From assembly GCF_009914755.1 (NCBI RefSeq), contig NC_060927.1: a stretch of DNA of 64,000 bases. One strand, given 5' to 3'. Shown here piece by piece: positions 1-11,600 of the stretch (position 1 is its first letter; each line of letters starts with the position of its first letter). The notes beneath the pieces are model-generated. The model saw only the letters and a program-made list of their open reading frames with translations. It did no database searches and was not told where the DNA came from. Source of the DNA: the human T2T-CHM13v2.0 reference genome, Homo sapiens. Made by a program: the position numbers and the translations under genes.

Positions 1-264
1 TATAGGAAGAAAGGTTCAACTCTGTGAGTTGAATGCAGAGATCACAACGTGGTTTCTGCGAATGATTCTTTGTAGTTTTTACAGGAAGATATTTCGTTGT
101 CAACCGTAGGCTTCAAAGCACTCAAAGTATTCACTTGGAACTTTTACAAAAAGAGTGTTAGAAAACTGCTCTTTCCAAAGTAAGGTTCAACTCTGTGAGT
201 TGAATGCACACATAACAATCAAGAAGTTTCTGAGAATTCTTCTGTCCTGGTTTATATGAAAAAA

Positions 265-281
265 TCCCGTTTCCAACGAAG
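265..281 (-). promoter_or_regulatory. CENP-B box 1 of unit 1 (canonical; recurs per HOR)
   Basis: TCCCGTTTCCAACGAAG is the reverse complement of CTTCGTTGGAAACGGGA. Confidence 0.95.
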
Positions 282-602
282 GCCTCAAAGACGTTTAAAT
301 ATCCACTTGCAGACTTCACAAACAGAGTGTTTCCAAACTGCTCTATGAAAAGAAAGGTTAAACTCTGTGAGTTGAACGCACACATCACAAAGTAGCTTCT
401 GAGAATGATACTGTCTAGTTTTTATACGAAGATATTTCCTTTCTACCATTGGTGTCAAAGCGCTAGAATTCTCCACTTGCAAATTCCACAAAAAGAGTGT
501 TTCCAATCTGCTCTGTCTAAAGGAAGGTTCAACTCTGTGAGTTGAATACACACACACAAAGAAGCTACTGAGAATTCTTTTGTCAAGAATTATAAGAAGA
601 AA

Positions 603-619
603 TCCCGTTTCCAACGAAG
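603..619 (-). promoter_or_regulatory. CENP-B box 2 (canonical; deleted in units 16 and 23)
   Basis: TCCCGTTTCCAACGAAG. Confidence 0.95.
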
Positions 620-943
620 GCCTCAAAGAGTTCCAAATATCCACTTGCACACTGCACAAACTAAGTCTTTCCAAACTGCTCTATGCAAAGAAATGTTCAA
701 CTCTGTGAGTTTAATACACACATCACAAAGCAGTTTCTGAGAATGATACTGTCTAGTTTTTATACGAAGATATTTCCTTTTGTACCATTGGCCTCATACT
801 GCTAGAATTTTCCACTTGCAAATTCCACAAAAAGAGTGTTTCCAATCCGCTCTGTCTAAAGGAAGGTTCAACTCTCTGATTTGAATACATACATCCCAAA
901 AGAAGTTACTGAGAATTCTTCTGTCTAGCATTATGTGAAGAAA

Positions 944-960
944 TCCCGTTTCCAACGAAA
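944..960 (-). promoter_or_regulatory. CENP-B box 3 (canonical)
   Basis: TCCCGTTTCCAACGAAA. Confidence 0.95.
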
Positions 961-1284
961 GCCTCAAAGAGGTCCAAATATCCAGTTGCAGAATTTACAA
1001 ACTGACTGTTTCCAAACTCATCTATGAAAAGAAAGGTTAAACTCTGGGAGTTGAATGCACATATCACAAAGTAGTTCCTGAGAATGATTCTGTCTAGTTT
1101 TTATACGAAGATATTTCCTTTTCCACCAATGGCCTCAAAGTGCTTGAAATCTCCCCTTGCAAATTCCACAGACAAGTGTTTCAAATCTACACTGTCTAAA
1201 GGAAGGTTCAACCCTGTGAGTTGAATACACACACACAGAAAAAAATTCACTGAGAATTCTATTGTCTATCATTACACGAAGAAA

Positions 1285-1301
1285 TCCCGTTTACTACGAA
1301 G
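1285..1301 (-). promoter_or_regulatory. CENP-B box 4 (variant, 9-base core intact)
   Basis: TCCCGTTTACTACGAAG reads CTTCGTAGTAAACGGGA on the minus strand and fits NTTCGNNNNANNCGGGN. Confidence 0.85.
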
Positions 1302-1623
1302 GCCTCAAAGAGGTCCAAATATCCAGCTGCAGACATTACAAACTGAGTGTTTCCAAAGTGCTCTATGAAAAGTAGTGTTAAACACTGTGAGTTCAATGCA
1401 CACATCCCAAAGCAGTTTCTGAGAATGATGCCGTCTATTTTTTCTACGAAGATATTTCCTTTTCTGCCGTTGGCCTCAAAGCGCTTGAAATCTCCACTTG
1501 CAAATTCCACAAAAAGAGAGTTTCAAATCTGCTCTGTCTAAAGGAAGGTTCAACTCTGTGAGTTGAATACACACCACAAAAAGAAGTTACTGAGAATTCT
1601 TCTGTCTAGCATTATATGAAAAA

Positions 1624-1640
1624 TCCCGTTTCCAACGAAG
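1624..1640 (-). promoter_or_regulatory. CENP-B box 5 (canonical; deleted in units 13 and 16)
   Basis: TCCCGTTTCCAACGAAG. Confidence 0.95.
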
Positions 1641-1881
1641 GCCACAAAGAGGTCCAAATATCCACTTGCAGATTCTGCAAAAAGAGTGTTTCCAAACTGC
1701 TCTATGAAAAGAAACGTTAAACTCTGTGAGTTGAACGCAAACATCACAAAGTAGTTTCTGAGAATGACTCCGTCTAGTTTTTATACGAAGATATTTCCTT
1801 TCCTACCATTCACTTCAAAGCGCTTGAAGTCTCCCCCTGAAAATTCCACAAAAAGTGTTTCCAATCTGCTCCGCCTAAAGG

Positions 1882-1887
1882 AAGCTT
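1882..1887. other. HindIII site marking the HOR period (one per canonical unit)
   Basis: AAGCTT in 'ggaagcttcaac'; it lies within the segment deleted in units 13 and 16. Confidence 0.9.
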
Positions 1888-1961
1888 CAACTCTGTGACT
1901 TGAATACCCACAACCCAAAGAAGTTACTGAGAATTCTTCTGTCTAGCATTATATGAAGAAA

Positions 1962-1978
1962 TCCCGTTTCCAACGAAG
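1962..1978 (-). promoter_or_regulatory. CENP-B box 6 (canonical; deleted in units 13 and 16)
   Basis: TCCCGTTTCCAACGAAG. Confidence 0.95.
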
Positions 1979-2300
1979 GCCTCAAATACATCCAAATATC
2001 CAGTTGCTGACTTTACAAACTGAGTGTTTCCAAACTGCTCTATGAAAAGAAAGGTTAAACACTGTGAGTTGAACACACACGTACCAAAGTAGTTTCTGAG
2101 AATGATTCTGTCTAGTTTGCATACGAAGATATTTCCTTTTCTACCATTGGCCTCAAAGCTCTGAAATCTCCACTTGCAAATTCCACAAAAAGAGAGTTTC
2201 AACTCTGCTGTTTCTAAAGGAAAGTTCAACTCTGAGAGTTGAATACACACCAGAAAAAGCAGTTACTGAGAAGTCTTCTGTCTAGCATTATATGAAGAAA

Positions 2301-2317
2301 TCCCATTTCCAACGAAG
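2301..2317 (-). promoter_or_regulatory. Degenerate CENP-B box 7 (core CGGG changed to TGGG; predicted non-binding)
   Basis: TCCCATTTCCAACGAAG; the CCCAT change is present in every unit inspected. Confidence 0.85.
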
Positions 2318-2641
2318 ACTTCAAAGAGGTCCAAATATCCACTTGCAGATTCTGCAAAAAGAGTGTTTCGAAACAACTGTATGAAAAGAAAGGTTAAACA
2401 CTGTGAGTTGAACGCACACATTGCAAAGCAGTTTCTGAGAATGATTCCGTCTAATTATTATACGAAGGTATTTCCTTTTCTATCATTGGCCTCAAAGCGC
2501 TTGATACCTCCACCTGAAAATTCCACAAAAAGAGTGTTTCCAATCTACTCTGTCTAAAGGAACGTTCAACTCTGTGAGTTGAATACACACACACAGAAAG
2601 AATTCACTGAGAATTCTTCTGTCTGGCATTACATGAAGAAA

Positions 2642-2658
2642 TCCCGTTTCCAACGAAG
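2642..2658 (-). promoter_or_regulatory. CENP-B box 8 (canonical)
   Basis: TCCCGTTTCCAACGAAG. Confidence 0.95.
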
Positions 2659-5600
2659 GCCTCAAAGAGGTCCAAATATCCACTTGCAGATTCTGCAAAA
2701 AGAGTGTTTCAAAACCGCTCCATTAAAAGGAATGTTGAACTCTGTGAGTTGAATGGAAACATCACAACTCAGTTGCTGAGAATGCTTCTGACTAGATTTT
2801 ATGGTAAGATATTTCCTTTTCTACCGTAGGCTTCAATGCCCTCTAAATACACCCTTGCAAATTCTACAAAGAGACTGTTTCATAACTGCTCTATAGGAAG
2901 AAAGGTTCAACTCTGTGAGTTGAATGCAGAGATCACAACGTGGTTTCTGCGAATGATTCTTTGTAGTTTTTACAGGAAGATATTTCGTTGTCAACCGTAG
3001 GCTTCAAAGCACTCAAAGTATTCACTTGGAACTTTTACAAAAAGAGTGTTAGAAAACTGCTCTTTCCAAAGTAAGGTTCAACTCTGTGAGTTGAATGCAC
3101 ACATAACAATCAAGAAGTTTCTGAGAATTCTTCTGTCCTGGTTTATATGAAAAAATCCCGTTTCCAACGAAGGCCTCAAAGACGTTTAAATATCCACTTG
3201 CAGACTTCACAAACAGAGTGTTTCCAAACTGCTCTATGAAAAGAAAGGTTAAACTCTGTGAGTTGAACGCACACATCACAAAGTAGCTTCTGAGAATGAT
3301 ACTGTCTAGTTTTTATACGAAGATATTTCCTTTCTACCATTGGTGTCAAAGCGCTAGAATTCTCCACTTGCAAATTCCACAAAAAGAGTGTTTCCAATCT
3401 GCTCTGTCTAAAGGAAGGTTCAACTCTGTGAGTTGAATACACACACACAAAGAAGCTACTGAGAATTCTTTTGTCAAGAATTATAAGAAGAAATCCCGTT
3501 TCCAACGAAGGCCTCAAAGAGTTCCAAATATCCACTTGCACACTGCACAAACTAAGTCTTTCCAAACTGCTCTATGCAAAGAAATGTTCAACTCTGTGAG
3601 TTTAATACACACATCACAAAGCAGTTTCTGAGAATGATACTGTCTAGTTTTTATACGAAGATATTTCCTTTTGTACCATTGGCCTCATACTGCTAGAATT
3701 TTCCACTTGCAAATTCCACAAAAAGAGTGTTTCCAATCCGCTCTGTCTAAAGGAAGGTTCAACTCTCTGATTTGAATACATACATCCCAAAAGAAGTTAC
3801 TGAGAATTCTTCTGTCTAGCATTATGTGAAGAAATCCCGTTTCCAACGAAAGCCTCAAAGAGGTCCAAATATCCAGTTGCAGAATTTACAAACTGACTGT
3901 TTCCAAACTCATCTATGAAAAGAAAGGTTAAACTCTGGGAGTTGAATGCACATATCACAAAGTAGTTCCTGAGAATGATTCTGTCTAGTTTTTATACGAA
4001 GATATTTCCTTTTCCACCAATGGCCTCAAAGTGCTTGAAATCTCCCCTTGCAAATTCCACAGACAAGTGTTTCAAATCTACACTGTCTAAAGGAAGGTTC
4101 AACCCTGTGAGTTGAATACACACACACAGAAAAAAATTCACTGAGAATTCTATTGTCTATCATTACACGAAGAAATCCCGTTTACTACGAAGGCCTCAAA
4201 GAGGTCCAAATATCCAGCTGCAGACATTACAAACTGAGTGTTTCCAAAGTGCTCTATGAAAAGTAGTGTTAAACACTGTGAGTTCAATGCACACATCCCA
4301 AAGCAGTTTCTGAGAATGATGCCGTCTATTTTTTCTACGAAGATATTTCCTTTTCTGCCGTTGGCCTCAAAGCGCTTGAAATCTCCACTTGCAAATTCCA
4401 CAAAAAGAGAGTTTCAAATCTGCTCTGTCTAAAGGAAGGTTCAACTCTGTGAGTTGAATACACACCACAAAAAGAAGTTACTGAGAATTCTTCTGTCTAG
4501 CATTATATGAAAAATCCCGTTTCCAACGAAGGCCACAAAGAGGTCCAAATATCCACTTGCAGATTCTGCAAAAAGAGTGTTTCCAAACTGCTCTATGAAA
4601 AGAAACGTTAAACTCTGTGAGTTGAACGCAAACATCACAAAGTAGTTTCTGAGAATGACTCCGTCTAGTTTTTATACGAAGATATTTCCTTTCCTACCAT
4701 TCACTTCAAAGCGCTTGAAGTCTCCCCCTGAAAATTCCACAAAAAGTGTTTCCAATCTGCTCCGCCTAAAGGAAGCTTCAACTCTGTGACTTGAATACCC
4801 ACAACCCAAAGAAGTTACTGAGAATTCTTCTGTCTAGCATTATATGAAGAAATCCCGTTTCCAACGAAGGCCTCAAATACATCCAAATATCCAGTTGCTG
4901 ACTTTACAAACTGAGTGTTTCCAAACTGCTCTATGAAAAGAAACGTTAAACACTGTGAGTTGAACACACACGTACCAAAGTAGTTTCTGAGAATGATTCT
5001 GTCTAGTTTGCATACGAAGATATTTCCTTTTCTACCATTGGCCTCAAAGCTCCGAAATCTCCACTTGCAAATTCCACAAAAAGAGAGTTTCAAATCTGCT
5101 GTTTCTAAAGGAAAGTTCAACTCTGAGAGTTGAATACACACCAGAAAAAGCAGTTACTGAGAAGTCTTCTGTCTAGCATTATATGAAGAAATCCCATTTC
5201 CAACGAAGACTTCAAAGAGGTCCAAATATCCACTTGCAGATTCTGCAAAAAGAGTGTTTCGAAACAACTGTATGAAAAGAAAGGTTAAACACTGTGAGTT
5301 GAACGCACACATTGCAAAGCGGTTTCTGAGAATGATTCCGTCTAATTATTATACGAAGGTATTTCCTTTTCTATCATTGGCCTCAAAGCGCTTGATACCT
5401 CCACCTGAAAATTCCACAAAAAGAGTGTTTCCAATCTACTCTGTCTAAAGGAACGTTCAACTCTGTGAGTTGAATACACACACACAGAAAGAATTCACTG
5501 AGAATTCTTCTGTCTGGCATTACATGAAGAAATCCCGTTTCCAACGAAGGCCTCAAAGAGGTCCAAATATCCACTTGCAGATTCTGCAAAAAGAGTGTTT

Positions 5601-8600
5601 CAAAACCGCTCCATTAAAAGGAATGTTGAACTCTGTGAGTTGAATGCAAACATCACAACTCAGTTACTGAGAATGCTTCTGAGTAGATTTTATGGTAAGA
5701 TATTTCCTTTTCTACCGTAGGCTTCAATGCCCTCTAAATACACCCTTGCAAATTCTACAAAGAGACTGTTTCATAACTGCTCTACAGGAAGAAAGGTTCA
5801 ACTCTGTGAGTTGAATGCAGAGATCACAACGTGGTTTCTGCGAATGATTCTTTGTAGTTTTTACATGAAGATATTTCGTTGTCAACCGTAGGCTTCAAAG
5901 CACTCAAAGTATTCACTTGGAACTTTTACAAAAAGAGTGTTAGAAAACTGCTCTTTCCAAAGTAAGGTTCAACTCTGTGAGTTGAATGCACACATAACAA
6001 TCAAGAAGTTTCTGAGAATTCTTCTGTCCTGGTTTATATGAAAAAATCCCGTTTCCAACGAAGGCCTCAAAGACGTTTAAATATCCACTTGCAGACTTCA
6101 CAAACAGAGGGTTTCCAAACTGCTCTATGAAAAGAAAGGTTAAACTCTGTGAGTTGAACGCACACATCACAAAGTAGCTTCTGAGAATGATACTGTCTAG
6201 TTTTTATACGAAGATATTTCCTTTCTACCATTGGCGTCAAAGCGCTAGAATTCTCCACTTGCAAATTCCACAAAAAGAGTGTTTCCAATCTGCTCTGTCT
6301 AAAGGAAGGTTCAACTCTGTGAGATGAATACACACACACAAAGAAGCTACTGAGAATTCTTTTGTCAAGAATTATAAGAAGAAATCCCGTTTCCAACGAA
6401 GGCCTCAAAGAGTTCCAAATATCCACTTGCACACTGCACAAACTAAGTCTTTCCAAACTGCTCTATGCAAAGAAATGTTCAACTCTGTGAGTTTAATACG
6501 CACATCACAAAGCAGTTTCTGAGAATGATACTGTCTAGTTTTTATACGAAGATATTTCCTTTTGTACCATTGGCCTCATACTGCTAGAATTTTCCACTTG
6601 CAAATTCCACAAAAAGAGTGTTTCCAATCCGCTCTGTCTAAAGGAAGGTTCAACTCTCTGATTTGAATACATACATCCCAAAAGAAGTTACTGAGAATTC
6701 TTCTGTCTAGCATTATGTGAAGAAATCCCGTTTCCAACGAAAGCCTCAAAGAGGTCCAAATATCCAGTTGCAGAATTTACAAACTGACTGTTTCCAAACT
6801 CATCTATGAAAAGAAAGGTTGAACTCTGGGAGTTGAATGCACATATCACAAAGTAGTTCCTGAGAATGATTCTGTCTAGTTTTCATACGAAGATATTTCC
6901 TTTTCCACCAATGGCCTCAAAGTGCTTGAAATCTCCCCTTGCAAATTCCACAGACAAGTGTTTCAAATCTGCACTGTCTAAAGGAAGGTTCAACCCTGTG
7001 AGTTGAATACACACACACAGAAAAAAATTCACTGAGAATTCTATTGTCTATCATTACACGAAGAAATCCCGTTTACTACGAAGGCCTCAAAGAGGTCCAA
7101 ATATCCAGCTGCAGACATTACAAACTGAGTGTTTCCAAAGTGCTCTATGAAAAGAAGTGTTAAACACTGTGAGTTCAATGCACACATCCCAAAGCAGTTT
7201 CTGAGAATGATTCCGTCTATTTTTTCTACGAAGATATTTCCTTTTCTGCCGTTGGCCTCAAAGCGCTTGAAATCTCCACTTGCAAATTCCACAAAAAGAG
7301 AGTTTCAAATCTGCTCTGTCTAAAGGAAGGTTCAACTCTGTGAGTTGAATACACACCACAAAAAGAAGTTACTGAGAAGTCTTCTGTCTAGCATTATATG
7401 AAAAATCCCGTTTCCAACGAAGGCCACAAAGAGGTCCAAATATCCACTTGCAGATTCTGCAAAAAGTGTGTTTCCAAACTGCTCTATGAAAAGAAACGTT
7501 AAACTCTGTGAGTTGAACGCAAACATCACAAAGTAGTTTCTGAGAATGACTCCGTCTAGTTTTTATACGAAGATATTTCCTTTCCTACCATTCACTTCAA
7601 AGCGCTTGAAGTCTCCCCCTGAAAATTCCACAAAAAGTGTTTCCAATCTGCTCCGCCTAAAGGAAGCTTCAACTCTGTGACTTGAATACCCACAACCCAA
7701 AGAAGTTACTGAGAATTCTTCTGTCTAGCATTATATGAAGAAATCCCGTTTCCAACGAAGGCCTCAAATACATCCAAATATCCAGTTGCTGACTTTACAA
7801 ACTGAGTGTTTCCAAACTGCTCTATGAAAAGAAAGGTTAAACACTGTGAGTTGAACACACACGTACCAAAGTAGTTTCTGAGAATGATTCTGTCTAGTTT
7901 GCATACGAAGATATTTCCTTTTCTACCATTGGCCTCAAAGCTCTGAAATCTCCACTTGCAAATTCCACAAAAAGAGAGTTTCAACTCTGCTGTTTCTAAA
8001 GGAAAGTTCAACTCTGAGAGTTGAATACACACCAGAAAAAGCAGTTACTGAGAAGTCTTCTGTCTAGCATTATATGAAGAAATCCCATTTACAAAGAAGA
8101 CTTCAAAGAGGTCCAAATATCCACTTGCAGATTCTGCAAAAAGAGTGTTTCGAAACAACTGTATGAAAAGAAAGGTTAAACACTGTGAGTTGAACGCACA
8201 CATTGCAAAGCGGTTTCTGAGAATGATTCCGTCTAATTATTATACGAAGGTATTTCCTTTTCTATCATTGGCCTCAAAGCGCTTGATACCTCCACCTGAA
8301 AATTCCACAAAAAGAGTGTTTCCAATCTACTCTGTCTAAAGGAACGTTCAACTCTGTGAGTTGAATACACACACACAGAAAGAATTCACTGAGAATTCTT
8401 CTGTCTGGCATTACATGAAGAAATCCCGTTTCCAACGAAGGCCTCAAAGAGGTCCAAATATCCACTTGCAGATTCTGCAAAAAGAGTGTTTCAAAACCGC
8501 TCCATTAAAAGGAATGTTGAACTCTGTGAGTTGAATGCAAACATCACAACTCAGTTGCTGAGAATGCTTCTGAGTAGATTTTATGGTAAGATATTTCCTT

Positions 8601-11600
8601 TTCTACCGTAGGCTTCAATGCCCTCTAAATACACCCTTGCAAATTCTACAAAGAGACTGTTTCATAACTGCTCTACAGGAAGAAAGGTTCAACTCTGTGA
8701 GTTGAATGCAGAGATCACAACGTGGTTTCTGCGAATGATTCTTTGTAGTTTTTACATGAAGATATTTCGTTGTCAACCGTAGGCTTCAAAGCACTCAAAG
8801 TATTCACTTGGAACTTTTACAAAAAGAGTGTTAGAAAACTGCTCTTTCCAAAGTAAGGTTGAACTCTGTGAGTTGAATGCACACATAACAATCAAGAAGT
8901 TTCTGAGAATTCTTCTGTCCTGGTTTATATGAAAAAATCCCGTTTCCAACGAAGGCCTCAAAGACGTTTAAATATCCACTTGCAGACTTCACAAACAGAG
9001 GGTTTCCAAACTGCTCTATGAAAAGAAAGGTTAAACTCTGTGAGTTGAACGCACACATCACAAAGTAGCTTCTGAGAATGATACTGTCTAGTTTTTATAC
9101 GAAGATATTTCCTTTCTACCATTGGCGTCAAAGCGCTAGAATTCTCCACTTGCAAATTCCACAAAAAGAGTGTTTCCAATCTGCTCTGTCTAAAGGAAGG
9201 TTCAACTCTGTGAGTTGAATACACACACACAAAGAAGCTACTGAGAATTCTTTTGTCAAGAATTATAAGAAGAAATCCCGTTTCCAACGAAGGCCTCAAA
9301 GAGTTCCAAATATCCACTTGCACACTGCACAAACTAAGTCTTTCCAAACTGCTCTATGCAAAGAAATGTTCAACTCTGTGAGTTTAATACGCACATCACA
9401 AAGCAGTTTCTGAGAATGATACTGTCTAGTTTTTATACGAAGATATTTCCTTTTGTACCATTGGCCTCATACTGCTAGAATTTTCCACTTGCAAATTCCA
9501 CAAAAAGAGTGTTTCCAATCCGCTCTGTCTAAAGGAAGGTTCAACTCTCTGATTTGAATACATACATCCCAAAAGAAGTTACTGAGAATTCTTCTGTCTA
9601 GCATTATGTGAAGAAATCCCGTTTCCAACGAAAGCCTCAAAGAGGTCCAAATATCCAGTTGCAGAATTTACAAACTGACTGTTTCCAAACTCATCTATGA
9701 AAAGAAAGGTTAAACTCTGGGAGTTGAATGCACATATCACAAAGTAGTTCCTGAGAATGATTCTGTCTAGTTTTTATACGAAGATATTTCCTTTTCCACC
9801 AATGGCCTCAAAGTGCTTGAAATCTCCCCTTGCAAATTCCACAGACAAGTGTTTCAAATCTACACTGTCTAAAGGAAGGTTCAACCCTGTGAGTTGAATA
9901 CACACACACAGAAAAAAATTCACTGAGAATTCTATTGTCTATCATTACACGAAGAAATCCCGTTTACTACGAAGGCCTCAAAGAGGTCCAAATATCCAGC
10001 TGCAGACATTACAACCTGAGTGTTTCCAAAGTGCTCTATGAAAAGAAGTGTTAAACACTGTGAGTTCAATGCACACATCCCAAAGCAGTTTCTGAGAATG
10101 ATTCCGTCTATTTTTTCTACGAAGATATTTACTTTTCTACCGTTGGCCTCAAAGCGCTTGAAATCTCCACTTGCAAATTCCACAAAAAGAGAGTTTCAAA
10201 TCTGCTCTGTCTAAAGGAAGGTTCAACTCTGTGAGTTGAATACACACCACAAAAAGAAGTTACTGAGAATTCTTCTGTCTAGCATTATATGAAAAATCCC
10301 GTTTCCAACGAAGGCCACAAAGAGGTCCAAATATCCACTTGCAGATTCTGCAAAAAGAGTGTTTCCAAACTGCTCTATGAAAAGAAACGTTAAACTCTGT
10401 GAGTTGAACGCAAACATCACAAAGTAGTTTCTGAGAATGACTCCGTCTAGTTTTTATACGAAGATATTTCCTTTCCTACCATTCACTTCAAAGCGCTTGA
10501 AGTCTCCCCCTGAAAATTCCACAAAAAGTGTTTCCAATCTGCTCCGCCTAAAGGAAGCTTCAACTCTGTGACTTGAATACCCACAACCCAAAGAAGTTAC
10601 TGAGAATTCTTCTGTCTAGCATTATATGAAGAAATCCCGTTTCCAACGAAGGCCTCAAATACATCCAAATATCCAGTTGCTGACTTTACAAACTGAGTGT
10701 TTCCAAACTGCTCTATGAAAAGAAAGGTTAAACACTGTGAGTTGAACACACACGTACCAAAGTAGTTTCTGAGAATGATTCTGTCTAGTTTGCATACGAA
10801 GATATTTCCTTTTCTACCATTGGCCTCAAAGCTCTGAAATCTCCACTTGCAAATTCCACAAAAAGAGAGTTTCAACTCTGCTGTTTCTAAAGGAAAGTTC
10901 AACTCTGAGAGTTGAATACACACCAGAAAAAGCAGTTACTGAGAAGTCTTCTGTCTAGCATTATATGAAGAAATCCCATTTCCAACGAAGACTTCAAAGA
11001 GGTCCAAATATCCACTTGCAGATTCTGCAAAAAGAGTGTTTCGAAACAACTGTATGAAAAGAAAGGTTAAACACTGTGAGTTGAACGCACACATTGCAAA
11101 GCAGTTTCTGAGAATGATTCCGTCTAATTATTATACGAAGGTATTTCCTTTTCTATCATTGGCCTCAAAGCGCTTGATACCTCCACCTGAAAATTCCACA
11201 AAAAGAGTGTTTCCAATCTACTCTGTCTAAAGGAACGTTCAACTCTGTGAGTTGAATACACACACACAGAAAGAATTCACTGAGAATTCTTCTGTCTGGC
11301 ATTACATGAAGAAATCCCGTTTCCAACGAAGGCCTCAAAGAGGTCCAAATATCCACTTGCAGATTCTGCAAAAAGAGTGTTTCAAAACCGCTCCATTAAA
11401 AGGAATGTTGAACTCTGTGAGTTGAATGGAAACATCACAACTCAGTTGCTGAGAATGCTTCTGACTAGATTTTATGGTAAGATATTTCCTTTTCTACCGT
11501 AGGCTTCAATGCCCTCTAAATACACCCTTGCAAATTCTACAAAGAGACTGTTTCATAACTGCTCTATAGGAAGAAAGGTTCAACTCTGTGAGTTGAATGC

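Noticed and set aside
1226-1245. Short (AC)n and A runs
   Set aside because: These are intrinsic monomer features of 11 bp or less, not independent microsatellites.
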